In this document: in pieces, positions 25,990 to 37,400 of the stretch | How positions within the stretch are numbered: the first letter of the stretch is position 1 | How the letters are laid out: each line of letters opens with the position of its first letter | Source of the DNA: Schmidtea polychroa | Lineage: Eukaryota | Reading direction: 5' to 3' | DNA: 64,000 nt | NCBI GenBank assembly: GCA_044892525.1 | Contig: CM097885.1 | Coordinates: 172,050,001 to 172,114,000 of the forward strand | The notes under the pieces: generated by a model | The model's database searches: none | Seen by the model: only the letters and a program-made list of their open reading frames with translations | What the model was told of the DNA's origin: nothing | Made by a program: the position numbers and the translations under genes

Positions 25990-27020
25990 AGACAAGAGAG
26001 GACAAGGCAAAGTTTATGCATTTATTATTGCCAGGCCTAATGAGCAGTGACCAAATATCTGTGCCTGAAAGACACGGTGGATATTTGTTCGCGTCCACAA
26101 GGGTCGTCTGTGCCTTCCCCAAGTGGGGTCAGAAGAACCTGGGCATTATAGCTTTCCGTACGGAACATTACGCCTAGCATGGGTAGTCAACTACCAGCAC
26201 ATTCGAAACGTATAATTTCAAAATACATGCGTCATTGGCACTATAACCAAATTAATTAATGTTTTCACTAACACAAATATATATTTACAGAGGCCTCCCA
26301 CTAGTTGGATTACAACCGCCCACCACGACGATCAGCTTGTAAATATATATTAATTAAGGGATAAAGAGGACCCACCCAACCCTATTATATTTAATTTACA
26401 AATTTTTCTCGCTCTTCTGCTGGTATTCTATCTCAAAATTATCATCTCCATCGGGCCATTTGATAGTGATTTCATGGAATACATCTTGCAAATTGGACGT
26501 ATTTCTTAGTTTCTGATGCGGTGTCAACTATCATTGCTAAAATTTATATTGATTTAAAAGCAATTAACTTACATTATCTAACATTTTATCGTCACAGGCT
26601 TGATAAATTAGGCAACTGTTATTTGTGGTATACTTTTTCAATGTCATTTCCCACCATAAAACACAGATACCTAAATATAATATATATATTTTAAAGAATT
26701 AATTCATGTCTTACATTAATAATAATAATATTCTTCAGGTAGTACTTTACAATATCTAATTGATAAAACATCGGTTTTTTCCCATTTTTCTTGACATTCG
26801 TTGAAAGTTTACATAATTTAAGTCTGATAATTCATGTTGAAGGACACCCACAATCAGCTAATTCATTTAAGAAATCCCGAACATAGCAATGTTTCACCAT
26901 TTTGTCTGGTTCATTTTCTTCTATAATTCATGTTTTAATAAGAAATCTCTAAATCCAGAACATAAGTCATTTAGTGTTTCACCATTTTGTTCATCTTCTT
27001 CATAATTATATAATTCATTT
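25990..27020 (-). pseudogene. Decayed small spliced gene(s) of unknown function
   Basis: Exon-like blocks NEENELYNYEEDEQNGETLNDLCSGFRDFLLKHEL, ICVLWWEMTLKK...DDKMLDN|GTAAGT and TPHQKLRNTSNLQDVFHEITIKWPDGDDNFEIEY, separated by short AT-rich GT-AG introns; stops and an internal duplication present. Confidence 0.4.
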
Positions 27021-27432
27021 TCTTCATTACTAAGTAAAATAATTAAAATATTTTAGTAAATTCTTTATTTACTTACTTTATGGATACTAAAACGAAAGAA
27101 ATAACGTTATATCAGAATTATATTTAAATAATTTAAATTTAGTTATTTAAACATATTTAAACACTTTAGTTATTTAAGCATATTTAAACATTAATATTAT
27201 TATATAGTATAATTTTATATAATATTATAATATTATAATATTATGTATTGTAAATTTAATATATCCTTCATTTAATTTTTTAAATTCAAATATTTATAAT
27301 GAAGATTCTTTGAATTAAAAAATATTCTGTTAGTATTTCCAGGCAGAAAACAACGAATTCAATAATTAAAATCTTAATTTTCATGTTGTTAGGGTTGTGG
27401 CCAGAAGTTAATCGCCATCTAATCGTTTGTTC

Positions 27433-27711
27433 TCAATTTCGCTCATTTTTGTTCAAAACATTCAGGTGAGTTGTTATCTGGAAAGTTTCTTTGAGCTCAG
27501 TTTTGTTAAAACACTCACGGTATTTTTGAGGGACGTGACACTGGAAATAAATTACCAATGGGTGGTCATCCATACATGTTGTTGGTTTGAACTGTTGATT
27601 TATTTTAGAAATATGTATATTAAAAACATTTAAGGTATCATTCAGTAAAATAATATAGTATTTTTGAGTATTTTTAGTTAATTTATAAATAACAGTATTT
27701 TGATATATCAA
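27433..27711 (-). pseudogene. Small orphan ORF (92 aa) directly after repeat R4 on the minus strand
   Basis: ORF track MIYQNTV...MDDHPLVIYFQCHVPQKYRECFNKTELKETFQ; no recognisable domain. Confidence 0.25.
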
Positions 27712-27720
27712 TAAAGACCA

Positions 27721-27804
27721 TATACTCCTAGTTTATCCGACAAAATATTCTGTCCCCCTATGGGTATTGCTAGCAAGGGTACTGGTCACACTCAACAAGA
27801 CGCA
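27721..27804 (+). repeat. ~100-bp repeat copy R4
   Basis: First 39 nt identical to R3 (TATACTCCTAGTTTATCCGACAAAATATTCTGTCCCCCT). Confidence 0.9.
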
Positions 27805-27849
27805 ATATTAATCATTTAGAAATTCTTAGGTAATTTAGTGAGATGATCG

Positions 27850-29200
27850 TGAATATTTTAAATGTAACTTTACACTTATTTCGAGCGACTAATTTATTGG
27901 TTAACTTTGTAGTCATTTAAAGCAAAAATTAATTTATTCATCTAATGTTCGTTACAATAGATAATAATATGAGAAAAACATGGTCATTATTCATTGATAA
28001 TTTTAAATTCTTTATCATTTGGAGTAAATTTGTTTGAGGCAAAAATATTTAAAGGAGTCATAATAGAAATATGGTTATCATTTAACCAAATAAGGTGCTT
28101 ATTAGTTAAAAATATATATTTATATAGGGTTACAATTCTTTTCTAATTTAATTAGATGATCATTAGACGTAATATATCTTTGCGAGAAATTTAAGATGTT
28201 TGAGTAACCAAAACATTGATATTTTGGGTCATCAATTTATGAATAGTGCTTAATTTTCTCATTTTTAGTGATTTAAAATAATATTTAGCAAAGGTAATTT
28301 GGCAAAATATCACTTATCCATCCGATAACAATATTCCTTCAATAGATTAACTGATATTCAACCGATTTAATTTCTAATTAAAATCATAAAATTCCTTCAA
28401 TAAAGATCAATTTTCTTTAGCCGTTGTCGATTTCCAACTTTTAAGTCAATATTTCTCAAGTTTTGTCACTGATGTCCCCACAATGAATAAAATAACTTCT
28501 TAAGTAAAATAATTTAAAGCAATAACCTTTGATATCAATCCCAATTAATTCTAAAGATTTCAAATATTCCATTGTGAAAACCAAGTAAATTGATCATTAA
28601 CCCTAAACGACTTAATAAAACAGTGGATAATTAATATAAAACTGGTTCTAAAACATAAATCTAAATTACTGTGCAATAACATTCATCACAACCTAATAAA
28701 CCTCTAAAACGATATAATTTCACAGGAACTATTATTAATTCATAGCTAAATACTGACTATTTCCCTTTAAAATTTACCAATAAGAACATTGTCGATTTAA
28801 ATAGAGATTTCAAACATTTTCACCAAATATTTCTATCATTTTAAACACCTTAAAAATCATATATTACCATCTTAACCAACCGACTTTAATATATCAGACC
28901 TTTAATATATCAATTCTCTTAAAATCCATAGAAAATTCTTCAAAATATGAATTTTATTTAATTGTTACAGACATCCTTCCATTGAAATAATTTAGTATCT
29001 AAATTCATGTAGTAAGAGCCCACTAAAAGATCAAAATTCACTAAAATCAATATTTTCTACAAATATTTCACCACATTTACCATCAAATACCTAACTAGAG
29101 ATGAAATATATTGATTGATCATAATTCTTCATCGATTCAGCTAATTATATAGCAATTATAACGTGATATATCTTTCAAAATCACAAATTTCAGTATATTT
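27850..29200 (-). pseudogene. Heavily decayed coding-like region, unidentified
   Basis: Long stop-interrupted frames, e.g. AESMKNYDQSIYFISS*VFDGKCGEIFVENIDFSEF and MEYLKSLELIGIDIKGYCFKLFYLRSYFIHCGD. Confidence 0.3.
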
Positions 29201-29524
29201 TACAATAATTTTTACAAAAATTAAATAATAATCACTTGATTATTGTAAAAACTCTAATTATTAACCTAACTGTCATTAAAAATAATTTTTATTTAAAAGT
29301 AAATTTAAAAACAAGTCAATAAAATATAGCAAATTATCAAGAAATTAATTAAATTTGTCTTAGAATTAACACTAAATAAAAAAATTGTTAATTTATCTCG
29401 GTGTTATTAAAATTATCTTTCGACTTTACGCTTCTTACCATTTTAGAATAAGATTTTTTATCAAAATTTGTGTTAATTTGTCTGATTCAATTTGATGGAG
29501 TTATTGTTAATTCGTTTTATTATA

Positions 29525-29620
29525 TATACTCTGAGTTTATCCGACAAGATATTTTCTCCCTCTATGGGTACTGCTCACAATTGGTACTGCTCGTAAGGGT
29601 ACTGGTCGTAAAGGTGCTGG
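29525..29620 (+). repeat. ~100-bp repeat copy R5 (diverged)
   Basis: TATACTCTGAGTTTATCCGACAAGATATTTTCTCCCTCTATGGGTACTGCTC...AAGGGTACTGGTCGTAAAGGTGCTGG. Confidence 0.8.
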
Positions 29621-29899
29621 TGTGTTTTAATTAGGCAAATTTTTGGTTATTATTTAGCATTAAATTCATTGGTAATTTTTAGAGTTAGCGGGATTTTACT
29701 AACATTATTACTAACCTTTTTGTGAATAATTGAAAGAAAATTTTGAAATTTAACGTTTTAGTGTTAATTCTAAGACAAAATTATAGGAATAACCAAGATT
29801 TATCATTATTGTGAATCACCATTAAGTAATAATAAGGTGACCAACTATTTTTGGTTCAAAAAGAGTACACTTTGCAAGTATTTCATAGGTGAAAAAAAG

Positions 29900-30470
29900 A
29901 AGAAAAAACGATAAAAACTTTTTTTTCTTTTAAAAACATATTTTTCTTCGGAGTGGATTTTTTTTGCTAAATGAGGACGTTCGTCTAATAATGTAGCCAC
30001 ATCCGAAAAACTTTCATTTTGAATATTAAATTTGACCGTTAAGACGGCAGATAATGTTTTACAGAAAGTTGCGACTTCTCCCTGCTCCAATAATCATTTA
30101 CTAGTGAAAATACCCTTTCAACAGCAGCATTAGTGTCTGGACAACATAAGGAAATTTCTATTAAAACTTTTAAATTTTCATGTGGGATATGTTCTACTCT
30201 AAAATGTCCAAAGATTTCTATCCATCTTTTGTCAAGTTCTATTTTCTCATCGTTCCATTTCTTCAATTTTTATTCATTTAAATATAAATTTACTCTTCGA
30301 ATTTCTTCAAAGTGAAAATTGTCATTAATAACAATATCTTTTACTTCCTTCATTACAAATTCGACTGCTGAAGAAACTTCTTTCCATTCAATTTTACTAT
30401 TTAGAAGGCTTTATTTGAAACAATTTAATGCTGTAAAGTTCACTATCCATTCTTCGATATATTTATAGCA
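29900..30470 (-). mobile_element. hAT-like transposase C-terminal fragment
   Basis: WNDEKIELDKRWIEIF...NLKVLIEISLCCPDTNAAVERVFSLVNDYW...LAKKIHSEEKY; dimerisation-domain ERVFS motif; frameshift and stops. Confidence 0.75.
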
Positions 30471-30531
30471 AATTTATATTACTAAATATAAAAAAAATAT
30501 ATTACTAATTATTATAAAATAATTAGTAACA

Positions 30532-30783
30532 CTAGGGGCCCTGCCCCTGTTCGCTTCGCTTCACTAACCTCGTTAGAACGTGGGGTTAATGTTAAATTTA
30601 ATATCCAGGGTATTCTTGGATAGGAGTAAGATTCAGTTTATTAATATGTTTACATAACTATGATAAAAGATAATAGCATAAACCGTCTCTAAGTAATATA
30701 GAACGATAAGTACAAAAGAATAAAAAAATAAAAAAAATAAAATTCGGATGGAAGAGACCCTTAGCTTTTTATATATAGAGAGA
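30532..30783 (-). mobile_element. Short non-autonomous Helitron
   Basis: Minus strand starts TCTCTCTATATATAAAAAGC and ends GCGAAGCGAACAGGGGCAGGGCCCCTAG (GC hairpin then CTAG), between A and T, no TSD. Confidence 0.8.
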
Positions 30784-31439
30784 TATTTTTTATTTTGATT
30801 TTAAATAAATATTATAATCGAATATTATTTAAGTAAGATGAAAATTAAACTATAATAAATCAAATCACTGTCAAAATAATTTTAAATATTTAATTAATAA
30901 AATTGAAATAAAATAATCTAAAAAAAATGTTTTAGAAATACAAATGAGTACTTTCAGAGTACAGTATTTGAAATATATATATATATATATTACCCAGCTA
31001 ATAAATATTTCTTTAATTCGTCCTTTCTAAAAGTGACCAAGACCAATATTACATTATGACAAAAACACTGGCAAAGATCTTTCCGCCAGACATCTTGTTA
31101 GCTAATACTGCATTTGTATTTACATTTGACACATAATAAAAATTGCATTCACTGGAAAATATGAAATTTTTCATTTTGGCATCTTGATAATCTTATCTTG
31201 TGCACTTGTAATTTTTATGTTACTCTTTTATATATATTTTTGTTTAATGAAATCATACTTGATATATAGTGATGATTACTTGCAGACAATTCTTGAAAAC
31301 TATTAGTTAGCCATTAATAATTCATTCGAAATATTATAACTTTTTTTTCGAATTTCACCGCTGATTAGTTTTTCCATTGAATTTATTAAAAAGAGAGTTT
31401 GAAGACTATAAATCAGTAATATATCGATATTCTTTTAGA

Positions 31440-31472
31440 CTCACGAATTTTCGGCACTGCCTTTTTCAAGTG
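31440..31472 (-). ncRNA. Best-preserved minimal type-I hammerhead-ribozyme-like motif (U3-A8); repeat body extends to ~31345
   Basis: rc CAC-TTGAAAA-A-GGC AGT GCC-GAAA-ATTC-GTG: stem I CAC/GTG, stem II GGC/GCC, palindromic AATT stem III, UUC cleavage triplet. Confidence 0.6.
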
Positions 31473-34400
31473 CTTCTTTCTTTATTACATTTTTAGTCTT
31501 TTATAACTTTTATCAAGTGCAACACAGCATTCACCTCATATCATCATGAGTAGTAACTCGAATGGTGTCTACAAGTTCCATGTTTTTCTTTTGCCCATAT
31601 TCTTAACATAATATTCTTAATAAAATTCTTAATAAACTGACAAAAGAAAGGCTATTTAAAATAAGATTTTATTAAAAAAATATTTGAATTTGATAAATTA
31701 AAAAAACTCTATTTTAAGCGAGAAAAACAAACAAATCAAATTTATGAAAATAATAAATTATTCTTAAGTGTATTATTTGCAAAATTCTATTCGTAATTTA
31801 TTTATAATCGCAGCACAATAGAAAAATGTCGAATTCTGTTTAACAGTATTTCTAATATTTGATAAAGTTTGTTTTAAATATTTATCGTTATCATTAGGAA
31901 TTTATTGATCTATTTTCATCTAACAATAGAAAATAAATAAATTTATTATGGATCCATGTGATTTTCTGCAAATTTGCTTTTATTTATTTTCATTTAATTT
32001 ACGATAATAGATCAAAGTTTCTTAATTAATATAAATAACTTCAAAAAGCCAGTGGGAAGAATTTGTGATCTACAGTTGAAAGCTAAATGAAAATAACTGA
32101 AATTGTAAATGAAAACAGATTGAAGCTGAAGATGAAAAAGATAAAAGGTTTTACTGAAAATATGTTTTGTTTATCAATTTTTTATGTTTTTAAAGCAATT
32201 ATTTCATATGTAATTTTAATAAGTTGATTTCAATGTATACAAAGTAAATTATGATATTCCTCTTCTCAAAAAGATATGTCTTAAAGTCAATTTCTTAACC
32301 AAAAGGTCAATAAAAGAAAGAATTTTTTTAAACATTTTAAAATCTTTAACGCCCATCTCATTTATTATACAAATTTCGAGAATGCGATTATAAAAAAAAT
32401 ATTAAAAAAATATTTAATAAGTTATTGTTAATAAAAATTATATTTTTATAATATTTTAGTAGACATGTAGTAGTATATCAGAAATTCAGAGAATGAATTC
32501 AATTTTTTCTAAATTTGTGTTATTTAAGGGAGTTTCATAATTTTTCTCAACCTCTAAATAGGTTTCAAGTTACTATTATTCTTATTCTTTGACAGGTAAA
32601 AATTAATGAAATTATAATGCAAACATTTCTTACAGTTAACACAATCCGGTTAATATAAATTTATATTGTAAATAGATAATAATATAAATGTACATTAAAT
32701 ATGTAAATATATATATATATAAAATAAATATATAAATATAAATATATAAATATTATATAAATGTATAATAAATATGACATCTTTATTTATCTAAAATTCA
32801 CGAGAAATTTAAATATTGTTTATATAATTAATATTGAATCGGATAGAAAAAAACTTTCAATTTTTGTATCGGTGCATTCGATTAAAGAAACAAATTTTAT
32901 TTATATTTATCATACACTGATCGCGAATAAACAATAAATTTCTAAACATCAACTTCGAGAGATAAGTGCTCTTATCAAATTTAAATTTGACTTATGATTT
33001 ATTTTATTAGTCTAAAATTATTAAAGTAATTAATTATTTATTAAGAAAACTTTAAATTGATTTTATAGTTAAAAGTTGAGTTTAAGTGAAATTTCATTTT
33101 AATGTTGGGCTAATTTAATCAAAAACATTTCAAAGTTTAATCTGATTTAATAAATAATAATTAAATAATATATAATTTATGAAATTATTTTAAATATAAA
33201 TATCAAAAAATTATATTTTTTAAAATATTTTTTGACGTCAAGAATTGAAAATGTCAACAATGAATCTTCTATGTTTACTCTTTCATTAACTCTATTTGAG
33301 TACTGGGATAGGAAACAAAGTATAGTAATAAATTAACTAATTAAATAAAATTTCCCATTAATAATTAATATAAAAACACAACAGTAAATTATCCATGATA
33401 AAATTAACGATATTTCTTGTTGAAGTTAATCGGAGTTGATTTACTAATAAGCTTTCAATTATTCTATATAGTAAAACAAATAATTCCCTATATTAGTAGT
33501 GTAAATAATAGTAGTGTAAAAATATGAAAGTAAAAGTATTAACAAAAGGAACCCCATATATTTTAATAAATTTTTTTCTTGTAAAAATTTAAAAACACAT
33601 TTTAGATATAAGCAAGCTGAGAAAATTCAAATGTTCTCTCTAGTGGATGCCAATGACAAAAATAAAACATCGATAAAATTTATATAAATTTTCAATTTAG
33701 TATTTTAATGGTAAATAATTAGTTATAAATAATTAGTTTCGGTTATAATAGTAGTTAAAAATTTCAAAAAAATGTCATAAGGAGGCCAGCAAAGGTAGGT
33801 GCGATAAATATTCAGAGTTATGATTTGTTATTCAACAATTATTAATCAAATGACTAACTACCAAAATGATATATTACTATTAATATTTTACACTTATAAA
33901 TTAAATATTTACAATTTTTATAACAATCTAAATAGTTTAAAATATCCTAAAAGTATACATGAGTACAAATATTTGACAGTTGGGGTAATGATTTGCCATA
34001 TACACTATTCCACTGAAATAAACAAAATATTTTATTTTTTATGACATAAATTTCTCTTTTTATGAAAAAAACATTGTGCAATTGCTGGCTAGAAAAAAAA
34101 CTCTCATCATTAACAATAAATATCTCTTTTTATTGAATAATCAACTATCCAACAAATAATAAACAAATATAATAAATAAATTTCTATTATCCAAAATGTA
34201 TATTTTCAAAAAGAAATCATCACTAAAACACGATATTCTTTCCCCTCCCTTTTATTTAGAGGATTTTTAAATTTAAAAATTTCCCTTGTAACTTGTTTAT
34301 ATAGCCTATTTGTTGAAAAGGAAGTCAACTCAAGAAATCCTAAAGTAATATTACAATAATAAAGTTCTATTATTATAGAATATGTTCAACACTAATTAAA

Positions 34401-37400
34401 TAAGCTGCTTAAAAAGTAGGTAAAAGCGGTGAAAATCTGAATACAGTCAATAAAATTTTGATGTTCATATTTCATATTTTAGGTGAAAATGATAATAATA
34501 GTTCAAGAGGTTCGTTCTATTAAGAATGAGAAAACCAGACCAAGATACTAATCTTTTCAAATACTACTAGAGTAGGGTTACCTTCATTATCAAGGTAAAC
34601 ATACTTTTTATGCTAAAGAGATCTTTTAAAGATCATCAGATATGAAGGATTCATGCGTTGAATATAAAATGAAAATACGTAAGAAACATTTACCACGAGA
34701 AAGTTTAGCTGTGATGTTTAGTTCCAAATATAAGCGAAAAACGGATCTGTCATAAATGCAACCCTAAAAAGTAGAAAAGAAAATATTTACAAAAGAATTA
34801 GAAGAGTACATGAATACTTTAATACCATATATCTCACTTCATTTTAAATAAAACGGGATAATCACGCCTCATCAAACTTTACTTCATAAATGAAATAAAA
34901 ATTATAAAAATGAAAATCTTTTCCTGTCAAATGTATCAATAAGGTTATAAATTTTTCTTATGCTTACAGTTTAAGAGGTTCAAGACAAACATTCATTCCA
35001 CTTCAAAAACATATTAAAATTAACGCTCTTTGGCAATGAATTAAGAAATAGTAAAATTAATTGATAACAGAAAAATAAAGTAAGGATTTTTGTCTCTATT
35101 TTTTAATCCCATGAAAAGAGACTGTTAAGTTAATAGATGATGCCAACTCGGGATATCACCGCTGACCCTTGCTAAAAAATGAAAAATAAAATTTTAAATA
35201 GAAAAACCTTTTAAGAGTGATTACGTAGCTTCGGAATATAAATAATTATTTTACAATTAGAAAAATTGACATTTATTTCAAACTGATTGACATGAAATAG
35301 CAATTGTTTAAAAATGTATTATGTAGGTTTTCCTCCTAAATATTATATCATGTCCATTATAACAATATATATTTATTGGCATTCTCTATCTAAATATTTA
35401 GATTAGTGAAATATGGTAAATTATATCTACATATTATTTGAATTTATTTAATAATAAATTGTATTAAATCTTCATCTGTCTTCAAATATTTCAATTGTAA
35501 ATTAAGGAAATTAATTTAATTTACATTTATTATCTCTATTATAGTAGNNNNNNNNNNNNNNNNNNNNNNNNNNNNNNNNNNNNNNNNNNNNNNNNNNNNN
35601 NNNNNNNNNNNNNNNNNNNNNNNNNNNNNNNNNNNNNNNNNNNNNNNNNNNNNNNNNNNNNNNNNNNNNNNNNNNNNNNNNNNNNNNNNNNNNNNNNNNT
35701 AGTTATAGAACATAATTAAATAACTTGATACTTAATAAATAACAATTGTTTAAATTATACTTTAATTTTATATATTTATTAAATACAATATATATTATTA
35801 TTTTTGTTATGGATACATACTTCAGAATATGTATATAATTTATTATTTTTGCAATTTTTCATCTGTTACATTGGACATTAGAAATGAACTAGAAAATCGC
35901 GATTTCAGCATCCAAATTTTGGGCGATAATTGAAGTCTTAAAGTTTTTTATAAAATAATATCCAGAAATCAGAGCGACTGTCTAATTTTACAGTATTCTA
36001 AATTTATTCATATTATCATTAAATGAAATAAATTTCAATGGATAAGTTTAACAAATAGTAAAGATAGTAAAGATTTTGTAATTTTTTTTATGATTTTTTT
36101 TGAATTTTTATGATTAATAATTTAAATGATGAAAAAATAATTTTACAGAGAAATTCATGTTTCTCTCGGAAATGAGTTTAAATAAGGTCTATTGTGATAT
36201 TCGGTGGCATTTTAATGTTAGAGTAGTTCTGAGCATATTTCGCTGTTATATCCATACCATGTAAAACCTCAATTTACCACGAATTGAGCCCTGTGATCAT
36301 GTACCACATAATAAATTGACCACATCAATGATATTCAACATGATCTGTTAGTGGAATAATCATTTAATAATTCGATAATTATAATCTGCAATGCCATGTA
36401 GTTTCTTTATTGTTTCTTTCAAAACACTTGCAATTCTATTTATTGAGTATGAGGAAAAGATTATTTATACATTTGCTTTAGGACCTATTTATAAAATAAC
36501 GTTATTCGAGAGTAAAAATTCCCATCAAGTCCATTATATTTCTTTCCTAATAGGCTGTAAAACTGGATATTAAAATACATGAGAATATCATCTTATTAAA
36601 ACTCCAAACGGTTGATGTCTGAATTTTGAATTGTTTTTTACCTCTTCAAAGTGAAATTTCGAAATTTTCCTATATAAATCGGTCTGAATCAAATGAAATT
36701 CAGCTTTGATTGAAAGGGAAATTTTCTGGTGCAAAATCAACATAAAGAATGTAAAATGAGCGTTTTTGCTGTTACATTTATGTTACTGAAATATGATATT
36801 TATTAAAATGCAATGATACTAATATTATCATTAACNNNNNNNNNNNNNNNNNNNNNNNNNNNNNNNNNNNNNNNNNNNNNNNNNNNNNNNNNNNNNNNNN
36901 NNNNNNNNNNNNNNNNNNNNNNNNNNNNNNNNNNNNNNNNNNNNNNNNNNNNNNNNNNNNNNNNNNNNNNNNNNNNNNNNNNNNNNNNNNNNNNNNNNNN
37001 NNNNNNNNNNNNNNNNNNNNNNNNNNNNNNNNNNNNNNNNNNNNNNNNNNNNNNNNNNNNNNNNNNNNNNNNNNNNNNNNNNNNNNNNNNNNNNNNNNNN
37101 NNNNNNNNNNNNNNCTCATAAAATTAGAAACCTCTTTCCAAAGGTCTGTGCTTGTACTCATTGTACTCAAAGATTGTACTCTTGACACTGTTGAATAAAA
37201 TTAATTTTAGTCTATATTTGAATTTATTTATATTTACTGTTACAAAAAGAGTAAACATTGTTTAAGTGACAGCTTAGGTTCAACAATATTTTAACTAAAA
37301 TATTTACAACATTTTGTATTGTTTTTTTAATATCAGAATATTGAACCTTTTGTTTGATTTTCCTGGTTCTTAAAAATCAACAACTAATAAATTAATTTTC

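Larger units (their letters stand above)
23022..29830. mobile_element. Putative Polinton/Maverick-like (or other large DNA) element remnant: left terminus, tandem repeats and decayed cargo genes; right end missing
   Basis: Starts AGTAGTAGGATGTGGGCTCCCC then a poly-C tract, minisatellites and four ~100-bp repeats. No pPolB, integrase, ATPase or capsid recognised; no matching right terminus or TATGTT TSD found. Confidence 0.4.

Noticed and set aside
27850-29200. Possible stop-codon reassignment explaining stop-interrupted frames
   Set aside because: The intact NTPDase and PK use the standard code, and the decayed regions contain all three stops plus frameshifts; ordinary decay explains them.
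34480-36720. Stop-riddled coding-like stretches at ~34480-35030 (plus) and ~36170-36720 (minus)
   Set aside because: No recognisable motif; probably old transposon debris, cannot be supported as features.
36778-37188. ORF-track entries containing X runs (also near 7718, 25412, 35516, 37430, 38281, 46340, 52441)
   Set aside because: They span N gaps; no coding evidence.
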